From assembly GCA_963620035.1 (NCBI GenBank), contig CAVEXN010000001.1, forward strand, positions 54,792 through 118,791: DNA of 64,000 nt. The letters run 5' to 3'. The notes under the pieces are model-generated. The model did no database searches. It was not told where the DNA came from and saw nothing but the letters and a program-made list of their open reading frames with translations. The position numbers were made by a program, and so were the translations under genes. Position 1 is the first letter of the stretch. Each line of letters begins with the position of its first letter. Shown one piece after another: positions 53,063-62,498 of this stretch. Origin of the DNA: Oscillospiraceae bacterium. Lineage in GTDB: Bacteria; Bacteroidota; Bacteroidia; Bacteroidales; WCHB1-69.

Positions 53063-53869
53063 ATGGACAAACAGTTAAACTATCATGACCTTTGCTGTGA
53101 GGTGGCATCCCTTGCCACCCGTACAGGACACTGGCTGTGCAACGAACGGCAAAAAATATCCTCTGTAGAGGCTGACGTGAAAGGTGTCCATGATTATGTC
53201 ACGCGGTTCGACAAACAATCAGAAGCCACTATTGTGAAAAGGCTGAAAGAACTGTTGCCCGAGGCAGGCTTCATAGCGGAAGAAAAGACGGAAACAGTTC
53301 TTGCAGACCATTACAATTGGATAGTCGATCCGCTCGACGGCACGACCAATTTCATACACGGACTTCCGCCTACAGCCATCAGTATTGCATTGAAGGAAGA
53401 TGATTGCATTGTGATAGGAGTTGTTTATGAAATAGGGCGAGACGAGTGTTTTTATGCCTACAAAGGCAGCGATGCCTATATGAACGGGAAACGGATTCAC
53501 GTCTCGGCATGTCCCGGATTGAATTCATCGCTTTTGGCCACAGGGTTCCCTTATACCGACTTTTCCATATTGAAACCCTTTATGGCATATCTGGAATGGT
53601 CGATGCAGCACACACACGGCTTGCGCCGGTTGGGGTCTGCGGCCACAGACCTTGTCTATGTTGCATGTGGCAGATGCGACGGCTATTTCGAGTACGGCAT
53701 GAAACCCTACGACGTGGCGGCGGGCGCCTTTATAGTGCAGCAGGCAGGCGGAAAGGTGTCTGACTTTTCCGGCAGCGGAAATTGGCTCTTTGGTGGCGAG
53801 ATTGTGGCATCCGGCCCGGCACTTTTCCAAGAGTTCCAGCGGTCTGTATTCCGTTTCATGAAACAGTAA
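53063..53869 (+). CDS. inositol monophosphatase family protein (SuhB-like)
   Basis: IAEE, WIVDPLDGTTNF and the GAAT/D motif pattern are present. Confidence 0.8.
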   Translation: MDKQLNYHDLCCEVASLATRTGHWLCNERQKISSVEADVKGVHDYVTRFDKQSEATIVKRLKELLPEAGFIAEEKTETVLADHYNWIVDPLDGTTNFIHGLPPTAISIALKEDDCIVIGVVYEIGRDECFYAYKGSDAYMNGKRIHVSACPGLNSSLLATGFPYTDFSILKPFMAYLEWSMQHTHGLRRLGSAATDLVYVACGRCDGYFEYGMKPYDVAAGAFIVQQAGGKVSDFSGSGNWLFGGEIVASGPALFQEFQRSVFRFMKQ

Positions 53870-53877
53870 ATCAACGG

Positions 53878-54984
53878 ATGAGAAACATAGCCATTATAGG
53901 TGCAGGGGCTGCCGGAATGTTCCTTTGCCGGGAACTGTCTGGCAAAAGAGACCTGCAAGTCTATGTTTTTGATCGGTGTCAGCAAGTCGGCACAAAATTG
54001 CGGGCCTCTGGCGGCGGCAAAGCCAACATATTCAACACGGCAGTTTCGCCCGGTTTCTATAATAGCCCGGAGTTCATAGCGCGCCTTTTGGAAAAAGTGT
54101 CTCCAGCGACCATTCGCCGCAAGTTTTCGGAAATGGGTCTTTCGATGATAACAGACGAAGAGGGTCGTGTCTATCCGCTGTCGTTGTCGTCCAAGACAGT
54201 GGTGGATGTTCTGCAAGAGACCCTGGACAACATCCATGCCGAGTTGGGTTACGAAGTCTGCGCACTCTACAAAAAAAACGGGAAATGGCATGTGAACGAT
54301 TATCCCGTTGCCTTCGACAATGTAGTGCTGGCTTCCGGGTCGGCTGCCAATATTTTGCCGGCGCAACAAGGCTGTTGCAGCCGTTTTCTGCAGCCATTGC
54401 GGTTGAAAACTAAGCCGCAACGCCCGTCATTAGTCGGTTTTGTCATCAACAGATACCCGAAGATGCTTTCCGGATGCCGAGTGCGTGCTATGGCTTCGCT
54501 GTTCCAGAACGACAGGCTTGTACACCGGGAAGCCGGAGAGGTGATGTTTAAAGATGACGGCATCTCAGGAATTGTGGTTTTGAACCTGTCTGCCTATTAC
54601 AACAGGCTCGAAAGTCAAAACAACTGTTATGTCCTCTTGGATTTTGTCTATCAAGACGAACACTTTGATGCAAAAGCGCATTTGCGCCGTTTCCGTTCGT
54701 TTAAAGGCGTGTTGCACCCGAAACTTTGCACCTTGTATGACAAGAGACCTTTTGACCCTCGTCGGTTCAAACTCGACATAAACGGCACCTACGACTTGTC
54801 GTTGGCGCAGGTGTGCCATGGCGGCATCGATTTGTGTGAAATAAACGAAGATTTTTCCTTGAAACGTCACCCCGGCCTTTATGCTGCCGGTGAGTTGCTT
54901 GACGTGGACGGAATATGTGGCGGTTATAATCTGTTTTTCGCTTTTGCTTCCGCTTTAGTCGTGGCTCAATCCATAATGGTGTAG
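53878..54984 (+). CDS. NAD(P)/FAD-dependent oxidoreductase, HI0933/YhiN-like flavoprotein
   Basis: It has the N-terminal dinucleotide fold IAIIGAGAAGMF and the C-terminal segment GLYAAGELLDVDGICGGYNL typical of HI0933-like proteins. Confidence 0.7.
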   Translation: MRNIAIIGAGAAGMFLCRELSGKRDLQVYVFDRCQQVGTKLRASGGGKANIFNTAVSPGFYNSPEFIARLLEKVSPATIRRKFSEMGLSMITDEEGRVYPLSLSSKTVVDVLQETLDNIHAELGYEVCALYKKNGKWHVNDYPVAFDNVVLASGSAANILPAQQGCCSRFLQPLRLKTKPQRPSLVGFVINRYPKMLSGCRVRAMASLFQNDRLVHREAGEVMFKDDGISGIVVLNLSAYYNRLESQNNCYVLLDFVYQDEHFDAKAHLRRFRSFKGVLHPKLCTLYDKRPFDPRRFKLDINGTYDLSLAQVCHGGIDLCEINEDFSLKRHPGLYAAGELLDVDGICGGYNLFFAFASALVVAQSIMV

Positions 54985-56034
54985 TCCAATCAGGTCTGTG
55001 GCGGCCTTGTAGGGGGATATTTGTTTGTTGCGCACCAACGGAAGCAGGCGTTCCATTTCGGCTTTTATCTTTTCATTGTTGTAAAAAGTGTTTTGCAAGG
55101 TAAAGTTAATCCAGTTGTAGAATATGTTGACAAACTGTTCTGTCCGGTTGCGCTCAAAATAACCGTTCTCCGTAGTCAATTTCACATAATCCTGAATCAG
55201 CGACCAGACGGTATCGATGGCAAAGCCCTCCAAGGCTGAACATATTTCAACCGGCACGGTCCATTGGCTTTCATTGCGTGGAAACAGTTTCAGTGCGGCT
55301 CTGTATTGTGTTTTGGCTTGCATGGCGGTAGGCTTGTTGTTGCCGTCGGACTTGTTGATGAGCAGGCAATCGGCCATTTCCATTATGCCTCTTTTGATGC
55401 CTTGCAGTTCATCGCCTGCGCCGGCAAGCATAAGCAAGAGAAAGAAATCGACCATCGATTTGACGACTGTTTCAGATTGGCCCACGCCTACGGTTTCCAC
55501 TAGAACGATGTCGAAACCGGCGGCTTCGCAAAGGATAATCGTCTCGCGGGTCTTGCGGGCCACACCGCCTAAGGTGTTTCCGGAGGGAGAAGGGCGGATA
55601 AAGGCATTCTCATCTACAGACAGAGACGCCATTCTGGTTTTATCGCCCAGAATGCTTCCTTTGGAACGTTCGCTGCTCGGGTCAATGGCCAAAACCGCCA
55701 ATTTATGTCCCTGTCCAGTGAGAAGTTTGCCAAACGTCTCAATAAATGTGCTTTTTCCGACACCCGGCACGCCCGTGATGCCGATACGCAAAGAGTTGCC
55801 CGAATGGGGGAGGCAGCGTTCTATGATGTCTTGCGCCATTTGGAAATGGTTAGGATTCTCGCTTTCTACCATTGTGATGGCGCGGCTCAAGACCATCCGG
55901 TTCCCGGAACGGATTCCTGAAACATAATCTTCCAGACTCAGTTCTTTCCGTTTTCGTATCACCAGATGTGGATTTACGGAATGGGGCTGTTCAATGCCGG
56001 GGCGTTCTGACAATGCCGTCTGAAAGTTGTCCAT
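54955..56034 (-). CDS. meaB: methylmalonyl-CoA mutase-associated GTPase MeaB/ArgK (G3E family)
   Basis: It has the P-loop GITGVPGVGKST, LVETVGVGQSE and INKSD (NKxD). Confidence 0.8.
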   Translation of the reverse strand: MDNFQTALSERPGIEQPHSVNPHLVIRKRKELSLEDYVSGIRSGNRMVLSRAITMVESENPNHFQMAQDIIERCLPHSGNSLRIGITGVPGVGKSTFIETFGKLLTGQGHKLAVLAIDPSSERSKGSILGDKTRMASLSVDENAFIRPSPSGNTLGGVARKTRETIILCEAAGFDIVLVETVGVGQSETVVKSMVDFFLLLMLAGAGDELQGIKRGIMEMADCLLINKSDGNNKPTAMQAKTQYRAALKLFPRNESQWTVPVEICSALEGFAIDTVWSLIQDYVKLTTENGYFERNRTEQFVNIFYNWINFTLQNTFYNNEKIKAEMERLLPLVRNKQISPYKAATDLIGLHHYGLSHD

Positions 56035-56068
56035 AATTCTGATTCTCCAGTGGTCTCGGATGATGGTT

Positions 56069-58543
56069 CTATACCTTTCCGTTTTCGTTTTTCAATTGTT
56101 CTTTCCCTCCGAAATTGAAAAACACAGCCTCTTTCATCGAGGAGAAATAGTGGAAGTTCATTCCCTCTATGAAATTTTCCTTGATGTCGTCAATGTCGGA
56201 CTTGTTTTCATCGGACATCACGATGTCGAAGATGCCACAGCGTTTTGCGGCCAGAATCTTCTCCTTTATTCCACCGACGGGAAGCAATTTCCCGCGCAGT
56301 GTTATCTCGCCGGTCATGGCCACTTTGTCGCGTACGGTCTTTTGGGTGAAGGCCGACACAAGAGCAGTCAGGATCGTGATGCCTGCGGAAGGCCCGTCTT
56401 TAGGGGTGGCGCCTTCGGGCACATGTACGTGTACTTTTGTCAGCTCAAACACGTCAGGGTCAATGCCGTAGTCTACCGCATGGGCACGGAGGAATTCGTA
56501 GGCAATCGTGACGGACTCTTTCATCACGTCGCCCAGGTTCCCAGTCATCGTGAAGCCCTCTTTGCCGTGTGAAGCGAGCACCTCAACAAAAAGTATTTCG
56601 CCGCCTACCGCAGTCCAGGCCAGTCCTGTAGCCACACCAGGTACAGAATTGTCGAAAGCCTTTTCCAATTGGAAAATCGGAGAACCGAGCAGTCCTTTCA
56701 AGTCTGCCGGTTTGACTTTTTTCTCCGTTTTGCCGTTCTGTACCAACTCGGCAGCACGTTTGCGTATGACCTTGGCCAACACGCGTTCCAGCGTACGGAC
56801 ACCGGCCTCGCGCGTGTATTCGTTGATGATTGTCTTGACGGTGTCGTCTTGTATGTGGAGGTTCTGTTTGGTCAAGCCGTTTTCATTCAGTTGTTTAGGT
56901 ACAAGATGACGTTTTGCGATTTCCAGTTTCTCTTCTGCCAGATAGCCGGGTATGTCAATGATTTCCATTCTGTCGAGCAGGGCAGGGTGTACATTGTTGA
57001 GGTTGTTGGCGGTAGCGATAAACAACACCCTCGACAGGTCGAAAGAGGTTTCCAGATAATTGTCATAAAAGGCATTGTTCTGTTCCGGATCCATCACCTC
57101 AAGCAAAGCGGCCGAGGGGTCGCCTTGAACATTCATACCGGTGATTTTGTCTATTTCGTCCAGCACAAACACGGGATTGGCACAGCCTGCTTTGCGCATG
57201 CTTTGGATGATGCGGCCGGGCATGGCGCCGATATAGGTTTTGCGATGCCCTCGTATTTCAGATTCGTCGCGCAGACCGCCTAAGGACATCCGCACATATT
57301 TGCGTCCTAAGGCTGCGGCGACAGACTTCCCAAGAGAGGTTTTGCCTACGCCCGGAGGCCCGGCAAGGCAGAGTATCGGCGATTTCATATCGCCTTTCAG
57401 CTTCAAGACGGCAAGATACTCTATGATGCGCTCTTTCACCTTGTCAAGACCATAGTGGTCCTTGTCCAGCGTCTTGCGGGCTTTGTCCAGGTTGAAGTTG
57501 TCTTTGCTGTAGTCATTCCAGGGCAGTTCGACAAACAGTTCCAGATAGTTGAGTTGCACAGAATAGTCAGGCGACATCGGGTTGGTTCGTTGCAGTTTGT
57601 CGAGCTCTTTCTTGAAAATGTCTGCGGTTTCAGCATTCCATTTCTTTTTCGCCGACTTTTTCTTGAGTTCTTCGTAGTCCTTTTCGGCAGGGGTCCCGCC
57701 CAGTTCTTCCTGGATGGTCTTCATTTGCTGGTTGAGGAAGTACTCGCGCTGCTGTTTGTCCATCTCCTGCCGCGACTTGTCTTGTATCTGGTTCTTGAGT
57801 TCCACCATCTGAAGGTCACGGTGAAGCAGCCGGAGTGTCCTTTTGGCTCTTTCGACAATGTCTGACATTTCGAGGATCTCCTGTTTCTCCTTGGTGGAGA
57901 CCGAAAGGCTGGCGGCCAGGAAATTGAGCAGGAAAACGTGGCTTTCGATATTCTTGAGCGCAAACGATGCCTCTCTCGGCGCATTGTTTGAGAGTTTCAG
58001 CATTCGGCTTGCAGTGTCACGTATTGTCGAGATGAGTGCCTTGAAATTCTTGTCGTTTATGACATCAGGATTGAAATCGTTAGACTCGAATGGTTTCACG
58101 GTGCATTTGAAGTAGGGATCCGTCTGCGTCATCTCCTGAAGCACAAAGCGACGAACCCCTTGCACAATAATCGTCACGCCGCCGTCCGGCATTGTGATGT
58201 ATTTGAGAATATGCGCCAGTGTCCCCACACGGTAAAGGTCGTCAATGGTCGGCTCTTCCACTTCGTTCACGCGTTGGGCTACGACGCCGATAGGCTCGCT
58301 GCTGCGCGAATAGTCTTGCGCCAGACGGATGGATTTGGTTCTTCCGACGTTTATGGGAATGACCATCCCCGGGAAAAGCAGTGTGTTGCGCAACGGCAAC
58401 AAGGCGATTTCTTCAGGCAAGGCCTCTTCTTTCAGTCTTTTCTCATCGTCAAGGGAAAACAATGGAATGAAATTAGTGTCACTATTCATAAATTCATCCA
58501 GTAATGATAGGTCTTTCATGCTGAATTGCTCGTGTTGATACAT
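56069..58543 (-). CDS. lon: ATP-dependent Lon protease
   Basis: It has the LON N-domain, Walker A GPPGVGKTS and the protease Ser in PKDGPSAGITI. The start is uncertain (TTG 58567, ATG 58543 or ATG 58519). Confidence 0.95.
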   Translation of the reverse strand: MYQHEQFSMKDLSLLDEFMNSDTNFIPLFSLDDEKRLKEEALPEEIALLPLRNTLLFPGMVIPINVGRTKSIRLAQDYSRSSEPIGVVAQRVNEVEEPTIDDLYRVGTLAHILKYITMPDGGVTIIVQGVRRFVLQEMTQTDPYFKCTVKPFESNDFNPDVINDKNFKALISTIRDTASRMLKLSNNAPREASFALKNIESHVFLLNFLAASLSVSTKEKQEILEMSDIVERAKRTLRLLHRDLQMVELKNQIQDKSRQEMDKQQREYFLNQQMKTIQEELGGTPAEKDYEELKKKSAKKKWNAETADIFKKELDKLQRTNPMSPDYSVQLNYLELFVELPWNDYSKDNFNLDKARKTLDKDHYGLDKVKERIIEYLAVLKLKGDMKSPILCLAGPPGVGKTSLGKSVAAALGRKYVRMSLGGLRDESEIRGHRKTYIGAMPGRIIQSMRKAGCANPVFVLDEIDKITGMNVQGDPSAALLEVMDPEQNNAFYDNYLETSFDLSRVLFIATANNLNNVHPALLDRMEIIDIPGYLAEEKLEIAKRHLVPKQLNENGLTKQNLHIQDDTVKTIINEYTREAGVRTLERVLAKVIRKRAAELVQNGKTEKKVKPADLKGLLGSPIFQLEKAFDNSVPGVATGLAWTAVGGEILFVEVLASHGKEGFTMTGNLGDVMKESVTIAYEFLRAHAVDYGIDPDVFELTKVHVHVPEGATPKDGPSAGITILTALVSAFTQKTVRDKVAMTGEITLRGKLLPVGGIKEKILAAKRCGIFDIVMSDENKSDIDDIKENFIEGMNFHYFSSMKEAVFFNFGGKEQLKNENGKV

Positions 58544-58550
58544 AAAAAAA

Positions 58551-58581
58551 CTGACCTTCTTTGACAAGCAAAAAAGGTCAG
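58551..58581 (-). terminator. intrinsic terminator of rpmE2, abutting the lon start region
   Basis: On the minus strand, an 8-bp stem (CTGACCTT / AAGGTCAG) is followed by TTTTTTT and then the ATG at 58543. Confidence 0.65.
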
Positions 58582-58589
58582 CAAAAGTA
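58582..58589 (-). promoter_or_regulatory. -7 promoter box (TACTTTTG on the minus strand), candidate lon promoter
   Basis: CAAAAGTA on the plus strand lies immediately upstream of the terminator 5' arm. Confidence 0.4.
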
Positions 58590-58602
58590 CAAAATTTATG
58601 GA

Positions 58603-58872
58603 TTATTTAGATTTGTTGTTTTCTAAATGACGGGCGTATTTGCTGCGGAACTTATCGACACGACCAGCGGTGTCAACCAATTTCATCTTTCCGGTGAAGA
58701 AAGGATGAGATGTGTTTGAAATCTCAAGCTTTACCAGCGGATACTCATTCCCGTCTTCCCATTGTATCGTGTCTTTTGTATTGACAGTTGATTTTGTCAA
58801 GAATGCATAATCGTTTGACATATCTTTGAATACAACTGTCCTATACTCTTTTGGATGGATACCTTTTTTCAT
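58603..58872 (-). CDS. rpmE2: 50S ribosomal protein L31, type B (zinc-independent)
   Basis: [10 protein letters not shown] is present, the CxxC pair is absent, and the C-terminus is extended. The product is 89 aa. Confidence 0.9.
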   Translation of the reverse strand: MKKGIHPKEYRTVVFKDMSNDYAFLTKSTVNTKDTIQWEDGNEYPLVKLEISNTSHPFFTGKMKLVDTAGRVDKFRSKYARHLENNKSK

Positions 58873-58909
58873 ATTGTTGCTTTTTTTCGTTGTCTAAAAA
58901 TTCGGATTG

Positions 58910-58917
58910 CAAAAATA
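58910..58917 (-). promoter_or_regulatory. -7 promoter box (TATTTTTG on the minus strand) for rpmE2
   Basis: CAAAAATA on the plus strand lies 38 nt upstream of the ATG. Confidence 0.5.
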
Positions 58918-58969
58918 CAATTTTTTTAAAATCTCCAATGTGGAAAAAAATATTTTTTCCAAGACTATG

Positions 58970-59944
58970 TCATCTGACTTTAAGTCGTTGTCCTTCAATA
59001 ATTTTACTTGGGTCTGAAATATTGTTGAGGGTCTGTATTTTATCTGTTGTAGTGTTGTGTTTCAAGGCAATTCTGTATAAAGTTTCGCCTTTTTGAACAA
59101 TATGATATTCCGTTTCGGGCGAGTTCCCATATGTCGGGACTTTCTCTGTTCCCTGTTTAACGGCCGGTTGCGGCGAAATGTCCGGAGTCCTGTCCGCTCT
59201 TGTTTCGTCTAATGGCAGCACCCTGAAGTCGGCAACACTCAACGAGAGTGTGTTGTTCGTGAGCGTGCCGTCGGCGAAATCGATAACGCTCCCGGGGTCG
59301 AAATGTTCGTTCAAGAAGCGGGTTTCGAAATGCAGCGAACACCCTGACTCATTTCCGGTCTGCCCGGTTTGTCCGATGACATCGCCTGCGTTGACCTGCT
59401 GACCCTGCTTGACGCAAAGCCTCCCCAGATGGGCATATACGGTTTCAAGTCCGTTGTAGTGGCGAACCACTGCCATAAGCCCGTAGGGACCATATTTTCG
59501 GGCCATACGAACTACTCCGTCAAAGCAACTTCTGACTAAGGTCTGACACTCTACTTTCAAATCTATGCCGGGATGGAACTCGCCTTTTTTGGTCAGTCCG
59601 TAGGGGAGCAGTATCTCGTTGAATGTGCATGGCGGCTCAAAGGGATTGTTTGTTTCTTGAACTAGCAGAACGGTAATGCGGTCTTGGCTGAAAGGGATGT
59701 CCAAGATGCGGCTGCGTATATGTGCCACATCCCAATATTGCGTATAAAGGTCGTAGGCCGGAATCTGGTAGGTTTCTGTAATGGACGGATATGTTGACAG
59801 GATGCGTTCCGTTGAGTCCATCGTGTAAGGTGTCGTGTCCTGAAGCATCACATTAACGGCATATTCTGAAATGTCAACCGTTTGGGCGGATGCTGCGAGG
59901 CAGAAAAACAGGCATATTATGGTAGTGACCCTTCTCATGACCAT
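58970..59944 (-). CDS. M23 family metallopeptidase with a C-terminal LysM domain
   Basis: It has a signal peptide, HPGIDL and LHFE (M23 zinc ligands). The C-terminal LysM segment is YHIVQKGETLYRIALKHNTTTDKIQTLNNI. Confidence 0.8.
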   Translation of the reverse strand: MVMRRVTTIICLFFCLAASAQTVDISEYAVNVMLQDTTPYTMDSTERILSTYPSITETYQIPAYDLYTQYWDVAHIRSRILDIPFSQDRITVLLVQETNNPFEPPCTFNEILLPYGLTKKGEFHPGIDLKVECQTLVRSCFDGVVRMARKYGPYGLMAVVRHYNGLETVYAHLGRLCVKQGQQVNAGDVIGQTGQTGNESGCSLHFETRFLNEHFDPGSVIDFADGTLTNNTLSLSVADFRVLPLDETRADRTPDISPQPAVKQGTEKVPTYGNSPETEYHIVQKGETLYRIALKHNTTTDKIQTLNNISDPSKIIEGQRLKVR

Positions 59945-59946
59945 TT

Positions 59947-60438
59947 CTATGTATTCAGCTTGTTTATGACATTCGTGGATGAGAAACCTGCTTCAAGCGG
60001 GATGATGACGACTTCGCCGCCGTTATTTTTCACAAAGTCGGCGCCGGCGATGTTTTCCGGCGTATAGTCACCTCCTTTTGCCAGCACGTCTGGCTTCACA
60101 TCCGTAATCAGTCGGTAAGGCGTGTCTTCGCCAAATAATACAACATAGTCCACCATTTCGAGGGCTGCGAGTACCATAGCACGGGCCATTTGTCCGTTGA
60201 CAGGACGTGACGATCCTTTCAGTCGCCGGACCGAACTGTCGCTGTTGAGCCCGACGATGAGCACGTCGCCGAGTTGCCGCGCCTTTGCAAGGCAGGCTAT
60301 ATGCCCGTAGTGCAGCACGTCGAAGCAACCATTTGTGAACACGGTCTTCTTGTGTTGCAGCATCGGTCTGTGCTTTTCAAAGAAAGAGGGCTCTACAATC
60401 TTTTGCCGGATGTGTTCTATCGGTGTTGTTGATGTCAT
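59947..60438 (-). CDS. D-glycero-beta-D-manno-heptose 1-phosphate adenylyltransferase (RfaE domain II-like cytidylyltransferase)
   Basis: It has FTNGCFDVLHYGH (the HxGH nucleotidyltransferase motif) and is 163 aa. Confidence 0.8.
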   Translation of the reverse strand: MTSTTPIEHIRQKIVEPSFFEKHRPMLQHKKTVFTNGCFDVLHYGHIACLAKARQLGDVLIVGLNSDSSVRRLKGSSRPVNGQMARAMVLAALEMVDYVVLFGEDTPYRLITDVKPDVLAKGGDYTPENIAGADFVKNNGGEVVIIPLEAGFSSTNVINKLNT

Positions 60439-61505
60439 GCCTTAAGGGTAGGATTGTCGGATTTTTTATAAAACGATGCCAAAAGCAGGGACAGGAAACC
60501 TACTGCCAATACGATTACGGTTTGCATAATCCAGCCGATCCATCCGGCGGCAAGACCTTGGATGTAGGGTATCTCATACAGGAAGAGAATGCCTGCCACA
60601 ATCAAAGGGAAAGATCCAAGTCCTCCTTGCGAGATTATGAAAGCTATTGTACTGAAAGTAAGAATTGTAAAAGCTGTCATGGGACCAATGCCATGCAAGT
60701 ATGGGATGGAAAGCATGCATAAATAAATACCTAAAAAGTAGGCAATCCACATCAGTGCGGTCCAGAACACAAAACGCCAAGGGCTTGGCAGGTCTTTGAT
60801 GGAGACAATTCCATGCCAAATATCCACGAAGAAATTCCGGATTTTCATACATAACCGTGATTTCCGCCACCATTTACGGGTAAGGTGGATTGTCACAGCC
60901 AAGACAATGACGATAGCGGTCAGTAGATAAAGGCCGCTGCCGTGTACGAGGGCTGACCATTTGGCGCTCATCCAAGCCCCGAGCGACAGTTGGGTCTCCT
61001 GGTCCACGACGAGTTCGGACAGGATGCCTGTGTTGACGGCTATGGAGATGACCAGGAGCACAAGCCAGCAGATGATATCTACGACCCTTTCGGTCACCAC
61101 GGTGCCGAGAGACTTCTGGAAAGGCACGTCTTCAAAGCGTTGCAGAAAAGAGCAGCGCAGCACCTCGCCGAGGCGCGGCAAGGCCAAGTTGGCAAGATAA
61201 CACACCATGACAGAGTAGAATGCCATAGAGAGTCGGGGTTTGTACCCTAACGGTTCAAGCAGGATTCGAGCCCTCACGGCGCGCGCGAAGTCGGCGAATA
61301 TGGCCATGACCGCCGCCGCAGAGATGATCAGCCAGCTTTTGGGGTTGTTGATTTTCTCCATCGCTTCCAACATTGACAGGAAATCATCGTGGCTTAATGA
61401 ACGGAGCGAGAGCCAGATGAAAAAGACACCCAACCCGACAAACAACACCAACTGGATGATGGTTCTCATAAGGCTTTTTCCTTTTATATTTTGTTCTTTC
61501 TGCAT
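60435..61505 (-). CDS. flippase-like / lysylphosphatidylglycerol-synthase TM-region family (UPF0104) membrane protein
   Basis: It has about 8 TM helices. Its N-terminal TM helix is followed by a basic loop. The 4-nt overlap with the downstream gene suggests an operon. Confidence 0.55.
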   Translation of the reverse strand: MQKEQNIKGKSLMRTIIQLVLFVGLGVFFIWLSLRSLSHDDFLSMLEAMEKINNPKSWLIISAAAVMAIFADFARAVRARILLEPLGYKPRLSMAFYSVMVCYLANLALPRLGEVLRCSFLQRFEDVPFQKSLGTVVTERVVDIICWLVLLVISIAVNTGILSELVVDQETQLSLGAWMSAKWSALVHGSGLYLLTAIVIVLAVTIHLTRKWWRKSRLCMKIRNFFVDIWHGIVSIKDLPSPWRFVFWTALMWIAYFLGIYLCMLSIPYLHGIGPMTAFTILTFSTIAFIISQGGLGSFPLIVAGILFLYEIPYIQGLAAGWIGWIMQTVIVLAVGFLSLLLASFYKKSDNPTLKA

Positions 61506-61534
61506 GCAGACCGTTTTTTGTTATTATTATATAG

Positions 61535-62497
61535 TTACCATCCAAAAGGGTGGGGCTCAAGCGGAAACTTGGCCAAGGGGTGATAGTCGCCTTTCAGTCC
61601 TACTGGCGCGGCATTGCGGATGTCATAGACGATTTGGATACACTTCCGGACCTCGTCAAGTCCGAAGCCTTTCCCGTCAAGTATCTGGCGGTAGCTTTCC
61701 GTGTGCAATTCCGAGAAACCGCTGCTGAAATCCACCTCTTCGTTCTCTATTTGCATGGTGCGGTATATTCTGCCGCCGGCTTCCGCAATGTCTTTGGGGA
61801 GCGTTCGGGCATTGATACTGAGGAAATAGCGCACCCGAGCCCGCTCAAAGCAGAGCAATCCCGCCGCACGGTCGTGCGAGATCAGGTGGACGATGTTTTC
61901 CTTGACCTCTCCGAACAGAAAACCTAAAAGGTCATAGAAATGGACGCCGATATTGGTAGCGATGCCGCCGCTTTTATGCGGGTCGCCTTTCCAGGAGGCG
62001 TAGTACCATTTGCCGCGGGCGGTGATGTAGGTCAGTTCCACGTCATACACTTTGTCGAGCGGAGCGGCTTCTATTTTGCGTTTCAAGGCAACAATGGAAG
62101 GGTGCAGCCTCAATTGAAGTATGTTGTTGACTTTGTGTCCGGTTTCTTGCTCAACCCGTTGCAGGGCGTCGATGTTCCACGGATTCAGCACCAGCGGTTT
62201 CTCGCAGATGACGTCTGCGCCGAGCCGCAGGGCATAGCGTGTGTGTGAGTCGTGGAGGTAGTTTGGTGTGCAGACGGACACCATCTCAATGCGCTCGGCG
62301 GAGTTCTTGATTTTGGTGCAATGGCGGTCAAACAGTTCTTGTTCTGTGAAAAAAGCCGCTTCAGGAAAAAAACTGTCCAGAATGCCAACACTGTCAAATT
62401 TGTCGTAGGCCGCCACTAACCGGTTCCCGGTTTCCTTGATGGCTTTCAAATGTCGCGGCGCCACGTAGCCGCCCGCCCCTATGATTGCGAAGTTCAT
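61535..62497 (-). CDS. Gfo/Idh/MocA family oxidoreductase (WbpB-like UDP-sugar dehydrogenase)
   Basis: It has the N-terminal Rossmann segment FAIIGAGGYVAPRH and ICEKPL. The start was set at MNFAII, directly after the upstream stop. Confidence 0.75.
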   Translation of the reverse strand: MNFAIIGAGGYVAPRHLKAIKETGNRLVAAYDKFDSVGILDSFFPEAAFFTEQELFDRHCTKIKNSAERIEMVSVCTPNYLHDSHTRYALRLGADVICEKPLVLNPWNIDALQRVEQETGHKVNNILQLRLHPSIVALKRKIEAAPLDKVYDVELTYITARGKWYYASWKGDPHKSGGIATNIGVHFYDLLGFLFGEVKENIVHLISHDRAAGLLCFERARVRYFLSINARTLPKDIAEAGGRIYRTMQIENEEVDFSSGFSELHTESYRQILDGKGFGLDEVRKCIQIVYDIRNAAPVGLKGDYHPLAKFPLEPHPFGW

Positions 62498-62498
62498 G

